IMG/VR virus record: IMGVR_UViG_3300046408_000009
Location: 11,047 to 75,046 of that record
Strand: one strand, 5' to 3'
Origin: a virus
Taxonomy: Duplodnaviria; Caudoviricetes
Length of the DNA stretch: 64,000 nt
The notes under the pieces are model-generated. The model saw only the letters and a program-made list of their open reading frames with translations, had not been told where the DNA came from and made no database searches. Below are positions 1 to 9,792 of the stretch, piece by piece (position 1 is the first letter of the stretch; the number at the start of each line of letters is the position of its first letter). The position numbers and the translations under genes are program-made.

Positions 1-1059
1 AAACACGACGTTGACAGCAGTGATCGTGGGTTGGATGAACGTCACAACGAAATTGATCTCTCGCATGGCGGTAAGGTACGAGATGATCTGCGCTTGGATA
101 GTCGAGTTGACGACAATGCCATTGACGTCAATAGCAGACACCCCCACCGTACGTTCCTGACCAGTCATCTCGGCGAGGGTGATAGTTACTCCGGTCGATG
201 TTGAGGTCGTTGGTAGCGAAAGAGTGACCTGCGTTGGGCTGATGTACGTCAAAATAGTAGTGCCCGCTTGTACGCCTAATCCACTTACCCCACGGCCAAC
301 GTCAGCAGTCGTAAATAGTGCAGTGGCTGAGTGAAGTGATGTATCAGTTGCAATCACTCCATCAGTAAACGACCGTGACGAGTTGTAGCCATCGACACCC
401 AGTGCTCGATAGACGCCAGCGATTGACGTTGCCAGGATACCGAAGTCACTGGGGACTATCGGTCGCGGAGAAAGGAGTTGGAGATCGGCTACGAGTCGGG
501 GCAGATACGTGGCTTCTGTTTCTGCATCGACTCCGCCCTCACTGGTCGTTGAAGCCACGCAACTGACAATGAATACGAGGGGATCAATAATGACCATACT
601 TCCGGTAAGTCCATTCGATGCCGAGCCAGGAATTTTTGCCATCATGATGACGTTCGATATCGAGTTCGACCCCGGGGGAACTACCGTGTCGTTCAGCGTG
701 GAGAAAACCACCAACGTTGTCCCGGTTGTTTGAAATCCGAATTGTGTCCCCGCAGGAATGTCGTACCCGGCAGTATCTTGCACCGTAATAGTGGCTTGAA
801 CTTCTGAGAGGGACGCAGAGATCGGCGGGAGATTTGCAATCGATGCACCAAAAGATTCAAAGATCATGTCGGGCACGATGGATGCTACGTCACGCGATGT
901 CGCCAGCATTTGTGCCAAAGCAACAATCAGCCAAACCTCCAAATTGTTGTCATTGGGAACCCATCCGGGGATGTTGTTCATTAGGTATTTTTCGGCGGCT
1001 GTTGTTAAGACGTCGGGGTCAGTCGTAGTTGGTACGCCGATATATCCGGGCATGCTCAC
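1..1059 (-). CDS. Baseplate J-like protein (3' end runs off the window)
   Basis: My translation from GTG 1059, which overlaps the upstream stop: MSMPGYIGVPTTTDPDVL...GYDIPAGTQF...GGVDAETEATYLPRL...RPIVPSDF. Carries the GGxDxE motif of baseplate J and lies after the gp25-like gene. Missing from the ORF track because there is no stop in the window. Confidence 0.85.
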   Translation of the reverse strand, partial: MSMPGYIGVPTTTDPDVLTTAAEKYLMNNIPGWVPNDNNLEVWLIVALAQMLATSRDVASIVPDMIFESFGASIANLPPISASLSEVQATITVQDTAGYDIPAGTQFGFQTTGTTLVVFSTLNDTVVPPGSNSISNVIMMAKIPGSASNGLTGSMVIIDPLVFIVSCVASTTSEGGVDAETEATYLPRLVADLQLLSPRPIVPSDFGILATSIAGVYRALGVDGYNSSRSFTDGVIATDTSLHSATALFTTADVGRGVSGLGVQAGTTILTYISPTQVTLSLPTTSTSTGVTITLAEMTGQERTVGVSAIDVNGIVVNSTIQAQIISYLTAMREINFVVTFIQPTITAVNVVF

Positions 1060-1379
1060 GGCGTACCCCCAGTGATGTTGATGCGTATGTAGGAGATCAA
1101 CTGATTGATCGTGTTGAGAGTTTGATCGAGGGATACCGCTGCTCGCGGTTCCCAATTATTCAGTTTTGCAATAATGGCCGCAGTGTTCGTTGGCACCTGT
1201 GTGTAAATAGTTTCCGGAGTGCCATAATCAGGCAACACCATACGAGACCCCGTTGGGGTCAGTAGAAGAATTTCAACACACTGTTGCACCTCTTGATGAG
1301 TGTCCTGCTCTACGACCGAGAAAGAATTCCCGTTCAGTTGGAACGGGAATGCAAAGTGTGGAACCATCACGCTAGTCAT
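1056..1379 (-). CDS. Baseplate wedge GPW/gp25-like protein
   Basis: LLTPTGSRMVLPDYG...LNNWEPR motif. Start moved to ATG 1379 (ATGA overlap with the upstream stop). Confidence 0.85.
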   Translation of the reverse strand: MTSVMVPHFAFPFQLNGNSFSVVEQDTHQEVQQCVEILLLTPTGSRMVLPDYGTPETIYTQVPTNTAAIIAKLNNWEPRAAVSLDQTLNTINQLISYIRINITGGTP

Positions 1380-1735
1380 GTTGCCGACCAGCCTAATACC
1401 CACGGACGCAGTCCACCATTGGGAACTGCCACAAATACGACGAGGAGCAGATCACCGGCAACTGGTCCATTAGTGGGTACCGGTGTGACGTGGGTGTGAG
1501 TCCCAAAGGTACTGACTGCCGTCGCGCCCGTGACCCCCGCAGCGGGCCAAGTCCACGGTGCAGGACCCCAGATAGTTTTGTTGTTGTCATACATTGGTCT
1601 CGTAAAAAACACACCAGCCGCACTGATGTGATGAAACTGGCATTGCTCGAATCTTCCGCCAATGTTGTTGTCGTCTTCAACAGCGCGACGATTGAATACC
1701 ACACGAGCCAGTGCATTATTTTCTTGTGGTCTCAT
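1376..1735 (-). CDS. Baseplate spike / gpV-like protein
   Basis: Lies between hub and gp25-like genes; has an HTH (HxH) motif and a GDLLLVVF...PWVLGW OB-fold-like end. Confidence 0.55.
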   Translation of the reverse strand: MRPQENNALARVVFNRRAVEDDNNIGGRFEQCQFHHISAAGVFFTRPMYDNNKTIWGPAPWTWPAAGVTGATAVSTFGTHTHVTPVPTNGPVAGDLLLVVFVAVPNGGLRPWVLGWSAT

Positions 1736-3723
1736 CAGTACGCAATCCCCGGCAGAAGGAATGCCTCGTCAAAAAATCCGGTCGGAACCGGACCAGTCAC
1801 AATGCCTATTGCTGGATCAGCAGCGTTCACCAGTTGCCCATTACCTAGTGACACCGCCGCGTGACCATTACCGGGTGGACTGAGCGTTTGATCTTTAGTG
1901 CTCGAAAGAATGAGAACTGCACCGTACGTCTTAATTGCAGTGTCAACGGAAATTGCATATCCCGCTGACTTCGCCCACGCGTACATTGCATCCGAGTTGT
2001 GTGGCGAACCGGTGATGCCAATTGATTGCATCGCGGCCAGAACGAGGCCGCTACAGTCAAATTGTTTCGGACCCGTAGCGCCCCAATAGTATGTGCAACC
2101 AGATGCGGCAGTTGTGTGGTTAAGACAGAAGTTAACGAATGCTGCAACCTTTGGCGTGGGGTTCTTTCCAGTTTGTGCGCCACCGGGCAATAGCGCCAAG
2201 GGGGACGTCACTGCGGACGATCCAGTGAATGGAGTGAGCGTGGGGAACGTGGTTCGATTCGCGTACGCCTGACCTGACCACCCCGACGACTCAAGGGCTG
2301 TGCCGTAGGCTGTTGGGGTAGCGCACGAATTGATCGCAGCGAGTAGTGCCGGGTTCGCTTCCAGTTGAGTGATATACGCAAGATACCCCTGCGAGACACT
2401 ATCGAACACCTGAATGTTGGACCCAAACGCTTGGACCATATGTCCGCCCGTCATGGATGATTGAGTGCCGGGGTGAGTGTTGAGGTTCCACGGGTTGTTA
2501 TCGCGCAGAAAACCTACTGGTCCCAATGTGCCGGGTAACGGTGTGTTGTTCCCCGCCGACTCTGCACCAATTTGACGTTGAATATTTGCAATATTATCGG
2601 CACACGTTGGTGCGGGATACCCCGCTGACTGAAGAGCAAGGAGTAGCCCCTGTGCCCACGCCAGCGACGACATCTGTCCGGAAACTGGTGCTGACCCCGG
2701 ATTGACCTGAGCCGCTGCACTAGTGGGAGGTTGAGTCTGCACTTCAGTTAAGGTGAGGTTAGGAACGTCGAGCGTGATTGTAGCGAGTGCCGACATTAAG
2801 GATCGAGAGATGTTGGTCACCAGCCAGTGTCCGTTGGCCGGTGGGATATTCGGATTGGGCGAGAATCGCAGTGAGAGATCGTTCTGCACACCAGCGATCC
2901 CCATTTTGGGGGTAAAGGCTATGAGCGATCCGACAGGGTATGCCCACCTTGATGCATCGCAAGTGATGGTCAATGACCCCAATGGTTTGCGAATATCCCA
3001 GTTGAAGTCAATACTCAAGATTCCTTCGTCTGACTCGTCAATAGTAGCGATGGGTGGTTGGGTGTAGAGCCATTGGTCCGACACCATTACTAGAGTGTTC
3101 ACACCTAGTGGGAATCTGCGCCACCCGATGGTGCCAAGGATCGTTCCTGTTGCGTCCCAGAACGTCTCTAGTTCGGTGTATGTAGTGGCATAGGGGAGAG
3201 GGAGTGCCCCACCTGTCGTAGAGTCCACATTTCCAGTGGAAAGGATTACGACAGAGGTGCCAGGTGATGGTCCACCGGGGAGTGCAACGTTGATCCAACT
3301 CTCATAAGCAACCAGTTTTTTGCAGAAATCAGTCCGAGACATAGTCTGGGCCATAACTGCGACTGTATCCGTGTGATCCTTTAACCGTGAGCACACTGCA
3401 TGCTCGAACGTCAACGTGATCTGTGGACCTTGTTTGTCAATGACGGCCATGATGAAACTCACACCATCAATTGTCATGACTGTTCGTTCGAGTCCCAGAC
3501 TCGAACGTAGCAGTGCACGTTGAGGGTCTTCTACCTGCGCGATGATGGTGGACGTGCCATCGATATCAAAAGAGATCGAAAGGTTAGTAAGAGCGTCACC
3601 AATGTTTTCTGCCCAGCCCTTAGCGCCATTGACAAGAAGGTTGTCAACGGACGTTGGTAATAGTCCGGGGTGAGAAACTGGAACCCCAAGAATATTGGGT
3701 GGCGGAGTAATGAGAGATTTCAT
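1735..3723 (-). CDS. Baseplate hub / tail-associated lysin with C-terminal NlpC/P60 domain
   Basis: C-terminal YYWGATGPKQFDCSGLV...GHAAVSLGNG is NlpC/P60. Central DNNPWNL...FDSVSQGYLAY is lysozyme/glucosaminidase-like. N-terminus resembles a late-control D hub. Confidence 0.8.
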   Translation of the reverse strand: MKSLITPPPNILGVPVSHPGLLPTSVDNLLVNGAKGWAENIGDALTNLSISFDIDGTSTIIAQVEDPQRALLRSSLGLERTVMTIDGVSFIMAVIDKQGPQITLTFEHAVCSRLKDHTDTVAVMAQTMSRTDFCKKLVAYESWINVALPGGPSPGTSVVILSTGNVDSTTGGALPLPYATTYTELETFWDATGTILGTIGWRRFPLGVNTLVMVSDQWLYTQPPIATIDESDEGILSIDFNWDIRKPLGSLTITCDASRWAYPVGSLIAFTPKMGIAGVQNDLSLRFSPNPNIPPANGHWLVTNISRSLMSALATITLDVPNLTLTEVQTQPPTSAAAQVNPGSAPVSGQMSSLAWAQGLLLALQSAGYPAPTCADNIANIQRQIGAESAGNNTPLPGTLGPVGFLRDNNPWNLNTHPGTQSSMTGGHMVQAFGSNIQVFDSVSQGYLAYITQLEANPALLAAINSCATPTAYGTALESSGWSGQAYANRTTFPTLTPFTGSSAVTSPLALLPGGAQTGKNPTPKVAAFVNFCLNHTTAASGCTYYWGATGPKQFDCSGLVLAAMQSIGITGSPHNSDAMYAWAKSAGYAISVDTAIKTYGAVLILSSTKDQTLSPPGNGHAAVSLGNGQLVNAADPAIGIVTGPVPTGFFDEAFLLPGIAY

Positions 3724-4610
3724 GGGAGAGACATCGTCCCATAACTCTGAGAGATTATTTGCGATATGGCTTGATCCGCAGGCGACCCCGCTACCGTCAC
3801 AGTTGCCCCCTTGGGCATGCGAAGAACTTGACCTATCTGAATGGATTTAGGATCACGAATAGGTCCTGCAGCGAATGGTGGAAGTGCTGAGTTCAACACT
3901 GCAATGGATTTCCACAAATTTGCATTTCCTAATGTGGCCTTCGCAATTGTTTGAAGAGTGTCACCCTTACGAACCGTGTAGGTCCCACCAGACAGCGGCA
4001 TTGTGTACGTAACTTGCGGTGTCCCATTAGAGACACCGCCTGACGTGACGACTGACGTTGACGTTGACGTTGGAGTGTTTGACGAAGAAGCGGATACCAG
4101 TAATTGCGTAGCGGACGAGTTGGTTTTTGTCAGACTCAGTGCCGTGGGACGCCACTCAAAAAATGTAATGTCGACTTGTGCGTAGTACCGTGAACCATCA
4201 TCGTTTCGATATTCCGTGTTGAACTTTATGTCGTTGATGACGTACTTCAACCAGGTGAGCGGAACGGCGGGTCCTTCGATTTCAACCACCGCTGGTTCTA
4301 CACGTTGCCCCACTAAATTTCTGGCTAGCCCCCGAAGAACTTCTAATTCAGGTTCAATGCTGGCTGACGAAACACCGTCCCCAAACATGACCGGCACGGT
4401 CAGCGTGTATCCGTCGAACCCCATGAACTCCGTCATCGATTGACGACGAGGCAACTTGGTGAACTGCCACCCGCTGGGGGATGTGTACGTGGACACACCC
4501 TTAGCGTGCTGACACTTGAGGGTCGGGCCAGGAGGATCAATGGCCCTGATAGTTATCGCCGTCTTAGGTCTCTTAATCGGCAGTGGACTGTGAGTTCCGT
4601 ATATCAGCAT
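3720..4610 (-). CDS. Tail tube initiator-like protein with LysM domain
   Basis: YTVRKGDTLQTIAK...IQIGQVLRMP LysM; directly follows the tape measure gene. Confidence 0.8.
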   Translation of the reverse strand: MLIYGTHSPLPIKRPKTAITIRAIDPPGPTLKCQHAKGVSTYTSPSGWQFTKLPRRQSMTEFMGFDGYTLTVPVMFGDGVSSASIEPELEVLRGLARNLVGQRVEPAVVEIEGPAVPLTWLKYVINDIKFNTEYRNDDGSRYYAQVDITFFEWRPTALSLTKTNSSATQLLVSASSSNTPTSTSTSVVTSGGVSNGTPQVTYTMPLSGGTYTVRKGDTLQTIAKATLGNANLWKSIAVLNSALPPFAAGPIRDPKSIQIGQVLRMPKGATVTVAGSPADQAISQIISQSYGTMSLP

Positions 4611-6799
4611 TATCGTCTCGCGTAACTATTTTGCATTTCTGTGTACACCAATTCCGCCAGGACCTTACGGTCCACTACCAATTGAATCACAGTGGGCTGA
4701 CCTGCACCTCCTCCATCGTTCGAGATGACTTGCGAGGGAACAGCACTGGAGTTCGCAGAACCGGGGGAGACCTTTGAGACGGCTTGTCCGATCATGGGTG
4801 CCGTCATTGCAGTTCCGGTTGCGTTGTAGATATTCTGTGGTGGGGTGATCACTTCACCACCATGGACCATCGCGAGCATAGGTGCACCCTGTGGGCCGGG
4901 GACTACACCACCCTCAGCGAAACCAAATATCTTGCCAACGAAAGAACCAGCGTGCGAAACCCAACTCATTGCATTGCCTACGAGGTGCATGCCTTCAGCG
5001 ATCTTGTCAAAAATTGGTTTGAGAAAATTCCATACGGCATTAACAGTATTTTTCATGCCGGTCCAAATTTCTCTCCAGTGCGTCCACAGCACCATGAGAT
5101 ATGTCACGGGGGCCATAAGAGCAAATCCAAATACGCGCAAGGTGTCGTCTATGGCGTGCCACACGGTGTCAAATATGTTTTTGATGCCTGACCAAACTTG
5201 TCTCCAGTGGAGACCAAAGAAAACGAGCACCGCCGCCAAAAGAACAAACGGCCACTCCAAAGCCAATAGTTCAATTCCAAACGCCAGCAAGTCATAAGTT
5301 GCCACGGTTACTGTGGCAATCCAAGCAATCATTGCCGCAACGAGCACTCCACCAATTACTGCCGCGAGCGCGATAACAATCGGTTTGTTGTTCTGCATCC
5401 ATTTACCCATAGCGACCAATTTGGGGAGAAGAAATTGACCAATGTCAATTCCCATATTGTGCAAGTCTTTTTTGAATATGGCAATTTGACCATCGAGTGA
5501 TTGGGTCACCTTGGCTGCGGCCTGCTGAACCCCATTCAGTCTGGTGGCTGCGGTGTACGACTGATTATATGCAGCAACACCGGCAAGCACTGTCTTGCCC
5601 ATAGCCTGCGCTGCCCCACTACCAAATAAAGAGGTCTCCGCAAGGAGTTGTTGCGACTGGTTCAAGGACGCCAACTTTGGCTGCAGAATCCCAATGGCGT
5701 TCGCCATCCCGATAAACTTGCCGTCAGGTCCCATGAACGAATTGATAGTGAGACCAAATCTGTTGAGCATTGATGACACGTCGGGGCTACGGCTGAGGAG
5801 AGTGGTCAACGCGCCGGAGACCATGTTGATTCCGCGAGACCCCGACACCCCACCTTTGGTGGCGAGGTCCATCATTAGACCGGATGTGTCAGCCAGTGAC
5901 GGCATCACTTGACCTAATCGTTGGTGCAAGTGATCCATCGTGGTAGCGAGTGCGTCAGTGGTATTTGCAGTAAGACGACTCGTGTTGTAGAGGATGTTAG
6001 AGACGGTGGCTGCTTGACCGACTCCCAGTCCGTACGCCTGCATCACGTTAGTTAATGATTGGGTGTCAGTGCTTAGTTGTTCGCCGGTAGCCGTTGCGAG
6101 GTCCATTGCCGCGTTCATGAACATCATCGATGTACGTACGTCGAGTGCGCCCTTGTTTACCGCCGTTAGTTGTGCCGAAATAGGTTGGAATGCGCTCGCC
6201 ATCTCTTGAGCGTTGTACGTGACTGAACCACTCGTATGCAGAAACGCCTGGGTGATCTTTCCCGCTGCATCTACAGACATATTGGCAGTAGCGGCAATCT
6301 GCGTCGTAGTTTTCTCATAGCCCATAGCCATTTTTGTAGTTTCAAATCCAATGATGGCAGCAGCGGCTGCAAACCCAGTTGTGGCTTGTTTCCCTAAATT
6401 CAAGAAATTTTTGCCAAGTGATGTGGCTGAAATTCCAAGGGTATTTAGTGACCCATTCAATACCTTTGAATCACGTGCAATTTTCGCCTCAGATACCGCG
6501 ACTTCTTCCAGTACAATATCGGCCTTTCCCATGGCAATAGTCGCGTCAATTGACGCCATCGATGCAGCAGTCTGTAGTTCGCGCATTGCTGAAGCGGACA
6601 ACAAGGATGCATCAGTCAATTTACCCATCGACACGGTTGTAGTGTCAATGCCAACACTGGCCGCTGCGAGTTTTGCGTCGGTTTCTTCAGCAGCCGTGCC
6701 AACTGTTTTGATTGAATCGGCTACGGCGACGGTTTGAGCGGCTACCTCTTTACCACCCACCAGCGACATTCGGATGCCAATATCGGAAACTCCTGACAT
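4610..6799 (-). CDS. Tape measure protein (TP901-like core)
   Basis: 729 aa, Ala/Gly-rich and helical, with hydrophobic segments; lies downstream of the tail chaperone. Confidence 0.9.
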   Translation of the reverse strand: MSGVSDIGIRMSLVGGKEVAAQTVAVADSIKTVGTAAEETDAKLAAASVGIDTTTVSMGKLTDASLLSASAMRELQTAASMASIDATIAMGKADIVLEEVAVSEAKIARDSKVLNGSLNTLGISATSLGKNFLNLGKQATTGFAAAAAIIGFETTKMAMGYEKTTTQIAATANMSVDAAGKITQAFLHTSGSVTYNAQEMASAFQPISAQLTAVNKGALDVRTSMMFMNAAMDLATATGEQLSTDTQSLTNVMQAYGLGVGQAATVSNILYNTSRLTANTTDALATTMDHLHQRLGQVMPSLADTSGLMMDLATKGGVSGSRGINMVSGALTTLLSRSPDVSSMLNRFGLTINSFMGPDGKFIGMANAIGILQPKLASLNQSQQLLAETSLFGSGAAQAMGKTVLAGVAAYNQSYTAATRLNGVQQAAAKVTQSLDGQIAIFKKDLHNMGIDIGQFLLPKLVAMGKWMQNNKPIVIALAAVIGGVLVAAMIAWIATVTVATYDLLAFGIELLALEWPFVLLAAVLVFFGLHWRQVWSGIKNIFDTVWHAIDDTLRVFGFALMAPVTYLMVLWTHWREIWTGMKNTVNAVWNFLKPIFDKIAEGMHLVGNAMSWVSHAGSFVGKIFGFAEGGVVPGPQGAPMLAMVHGGEVITPPQNIYNATGTAMTAPMIGQAVSKVSPGSANSSAVPSQVISNDGGGAGQPTVIQLVVDRKVLAELVYTEMQNSYARR

Positions 6800-6813
6800 T
6801 GGTACCCTCCTGT

Positions 6814-7044
6814 CTAGCCATTAAAGGCTTTGGCCACTCCGTTTTGAACTGCTATCTCGAATCGTTGCATCCTCTTGTCCTCTTCTTCGACCCTAATTTT
6901 TTCCAGTCGATTAAGGGCCATCTCCATCACTATTTTTTCAGTGCCTTCGAGAGAGAGCAGACTGAGTGGGTCAATCCCATGTCGAAGTGCGACCGTTGCG
7001 GCTGTGATTGCTGACCCAAATTCCGCACGGTCCTCTATTCCCCC
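6814..7044 (-). CDS. -1 frameshift extension of the tail chaperone (GT product, about 256 aa from 7583)
   Basis: GAG GGG GAA TAG. The -1 frame reads GIEDRAEFGSAITAATVALRHGIDPL...VAKAFNG* to TAG at 6814-6816; GGGGGAA is the L5-type slippery site. Confidence 0.8.
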   Translation of the reverse strand, partial: GGIEDRAEFGSAITAATVALRHGIDPLSLLSLEGTEKIVMEMALNRLEKIRVEEEDKRMQRFEIAVQNGVAKAFNG

Positions 7045-7583
7045 TCTAGGGCCTCGTTGACATCATCGGTGGTGTACCCGGACCATTTAGATACGGTGCG
7101 AGCGGTGCGCAATAGGTCGGCGTCCGTAACAAACATCCACCGGCACAGTTGACGCATCGTTGAATTCTCCGGCAGTCCGGAAGCAATCACGGCATCCCGG
7201 TCGAATCGAGTGAATGCACCATCAAGTCCAAGCCCAATCTCTTCGCCATTTTCCAAAATGGCAATGATCCGAATGCAGCCGTTGATGAGGATGTCGGCGT
7301 TGGTGTCGATCTCCGTAGCAGCCTGCTTGGACGGATCGGTCGAATCCTTGATGCGCTTCTCTTGTTCATTCACACCACGGCGCAGGATGGCGTGGGGAAC
7401 TGGTCGATATTCGATTTCCAGCCGTGGTGATGACCAGCGCGGAACTGGAAGTCGCAGGACTTGTTCGTCAAGAATTTGTTGACGTCGATTGGCAAGAACT
7501 CCCAAAACTCCAGTGCTTGGAGTGGGTGGAACTGACGGCCAACCTTCCGCCACGGGTGAAACTATTGTTTCGTCTGACATCAT
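7035..7583 (-). CDS. Tail assembly chaperone (G protein)
   Basis: Between tube and tape measure genes; ends at slippery GGGGGAA-TAG. Confidence 0.8.
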   Translation of the reverse strand: MMSDETIVSPVAEGWPSVPPTPSTGVLGVLANRRQQILDEQVLRLPVPRWSSPRLEIEYRPVPHAILRRGVNEQEKRIKDSTDPSKQAATEIDTNADILINGCIRIIAILENGEEIGLGLDGAFTRFDRDAVIASGLPENSTMRQLCRWMFVTDADLLRTARTVSKWSGYTTDDVNEALEGE

Positions 7584-7605
7584 TTCTTCTCTCTATTTTT
7601 AGGGT

Positions 7606-8043
7606 TTATGCAATTCCGATAGGACCGTTAACCACCACTGTGATCGTCCACATCTGGATGTCGGACTTAGACGAGTCGGTGTCACCGGGGGCAACTGACT
7701 TCAAAATACCGCTGTAGATCAGTGCGGGTCCGGTGGGGTTCTTATCAATGTCGAGAGGCTGACGGTGAACCCTAACCTTTTCCTTACCCGCTTGTGCGGC
7801 CATCAAACCGGTGACGAATGGCCAGTCGTTAGTGATGTCCACGGCTTTCTCAACGGTGACCGTGCTGATGGATGCAATGCCACCCACGGCCTCCTGATCC
7901 TTCATGCCACCGGCATGGTAGATGTCGGCCACCGAGTCAACGTCACCACCCTTGAAGTTGTCCCAGACACCGTCCGGAGCAGGCGCGAGCACGCCACCAA
8001 TCTCGACTGTGATTAGCCATGTATCACTGCGCATTAAAGCCAT
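7606..8043 (-). CDS. Tail tube protein
   Basis: 145 aa beta-rich protein directly after the sheath gene. Confidence 0.8.
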   Translation of the reverse strand: MALMRSDTWLITVEIGGVLAPAPDGVWDNFKGGDVDSVADIYHAGGMKDQEAVGGIASISTVTVEKAVDITNDWPFVTGLMAAQAGKEKVRVHRQPLDIDKNPTGPALIYSGILKSVAPGDTDSSKSDIQMWTITVVVNGPIGIA

Positions 8044-8057
8044 GGTGACCTACCCCT

Positions 8058-9524
8058 TTAGACAGTCTGAGTGACGTTGTACGATGCGACTTCGAAGAAT
8101 ACAGTTTCGGCATCGGGTGCCGGAACTACGCCAACTGCGACGATAAGATTCCTGCCCGCGACGGACGCTGGAGTGTTGACATCAGCCCCCGCATCAACTG
8201 AGTACGCCTGAGCGGACGTGGCACCGTACAACGCACCTATCTGGTAGTAATCCAGCAACATGCCCGACACCATGTTGGCGTAAATCTGCGCACGATGACC
8301 GTTGCCGTCGATCTGAGCGAACAGTTGCTGTTGGCCGATTAGGTACCCGTTATACTTGATAGCCATCAACAAACGAACCGCGTTTGCCATAATCAGTACG
8401 GGGTTGTTTGCAGGATTCAATAATGTACGGAACCCGAATAGACGCTCAGTGTTGAACATGTAACGGAAGGGGTTAATGCCCGCCGCGACCAGTGCAGTTG
8501 TTTGCGCGTCGGTCCAGTCAACCTGCGTCTTGCCCAGTGCGTAACTTGCAATGCCATTGGGACCAGCCGCCGCAAGGTTGGGGTTGCTGGGATTCTGCGA
8601 CCGGTCACTGGTCGCAATAAGAGCGGCTACGATTGCGGACGGTGGAACAGTTCGAGTAGTCCCCGGCACGATACCAGGGATGATTTGCCAGTCCGCAATG
8701 AACATCCCCGCGCCCAACGCACCACTAGATACGTTCGTATCCGCTTGCGCAGCCGCCGCCGCCGTTGTCAAAGTTGACTGCGATGCCGTATCCACTGCGT
8801 CGAGAAGTGCAAATCGGTTGTTGGTGAATGCGTGGTTGAGCAGCCCTGCGTACACCGCTTCCGTGGTGTGGCCGGGGATCGCAACCTGACCCGGCCCAAG
8901 ACCCCAAGGAATGAGTGCAAGCGCGGCCACGCGCAACGAATCGGTAACTGCCGAGTGGTTGTCCGCTCCACCCGTTAACGCTTGGGCCGCATGGTTGGCC
9001 GGTGCATTCGTGCCCGCCGCCACAACACGAATCAGTGTCGTGTTCAGTGACCAGTTGACCGCATCAGTCTCCGTAAAGAGGTCGGGCGACTGCAGTGTCG
9101 ACCCATCAGGCAGTCCAGTGATCACGATGTTGTACGAACTGGCTGCAACACCCGACACGATGGCCGCAGATAAACCACTGGCTGCAGCCCCAATCGAGTT
9201 GATCGTGATCGCCGGAGAAGCGCCAGAGTCATTGAACGTGACCGAGTCGAGTGTTGCGGACGCTCCTACCACGCGCATGACATAAATCTGTCCGCCGTTG
9301 GCTTCATTGAAAAAAGCGTCGCACCAGTCGTAGGCGTAACTCCACGATACGCGAGGCCCAAAGTTCATGATGAACTGATTCATCGAAGTGATCAGTACCG
9401 GCTTGTCGGTACGTCCCTGTGCCGTCACGTCGACAATGAATGCGGTGTCCGTGCTGGCCGGTGGTTGCTGGGAAGTAACTGAACCAATGGTGAGAAGATT
9501 TACACCCGGAGTGTTAGTTGGCAT
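8058..9524 (-). CDS. Tail sheath protein
   Basis: PGV at the N-terminus, FGPR, VPPSAIVAALIA, GINPFR...GFRTL: contractile sheath motifs. Confidence 0.92.
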   Translation of the reverse strand: MPTNTPGVNLLTIGSVTSQQPPASTDTAFIVDVTAQGRTDKPVLITSMNQFIMNFGPRVSWSYAYDWCDAFFNEANGGQIYVMRVVGASATLDSVTFNDSGASPAITINSIGAAASGLSAAIVSGVAASSYNIVITGLPDGSTLQSPDLFTETDAVNWSLNTTLIRVVAAGTNAPANHAAQALTGGADNHSAVTDSLRVAALALIPWGLGPGQVAIPGHTTEAVYAGLLNHAFTNNRFALLDAVDTASQSTLTTAAAAAQADTNVSSGALGAGMFIADWQIIPGIVPGTTRTVPPSAIVAALIATSDRSQNPSNPNLAAAGPNGIASYALGKTQVDWTDAQTTALVAAGINPFRYMFNTERLFGFRTLLNPANNPVLIMANAVRLLMAIKYNGYLIGQQQLFAQIDGNGHRAQIYANMVSGMLLDYYQIGALYGATSAQAYSVDAGADVNTPASVAGRNLIVAVGVVPAPDAETVFFEVASYNVTQTV

Positions 9525-9792
9525 TTCCTGCTCCTGTTAGTGGGACAGTCGGGGTCGTCGTAGTCGTTGTTGAGGTGACTGGAGTCGGCTGTTCGACTTC
9601 ACCACTTTTGGTGCGAGGAGAACTAGTCGGTGTCTTGGTGAGCACTGTAAGGTGACCGTCTAGGATCGCTTGCGCATTGACAGAATCATCGAGATCGATG
9701 TCCTCCGCCCACTCGCGAGGTCCGATGGTGATCCCATCGGGGTGAAGACTGATGGGGTGAGACGAAGTGCAGAGAACGATTCCGCGTGCCAT
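9514..9792 (-). CDS. Small tail-region protein
   Basis: 92 aa with a Thr-rich tail; coupled to the sheath gene. Confidence 0.55.
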   Translation of the reverse strand: MARGIVLCTSSHPISLHPDGITIGPREWAEDIDLDDSVNAQAILDGHLTVLTKTPTSSPRTKSGEVEQPTPVTSTTTTTTPTVPLTGAGNAN

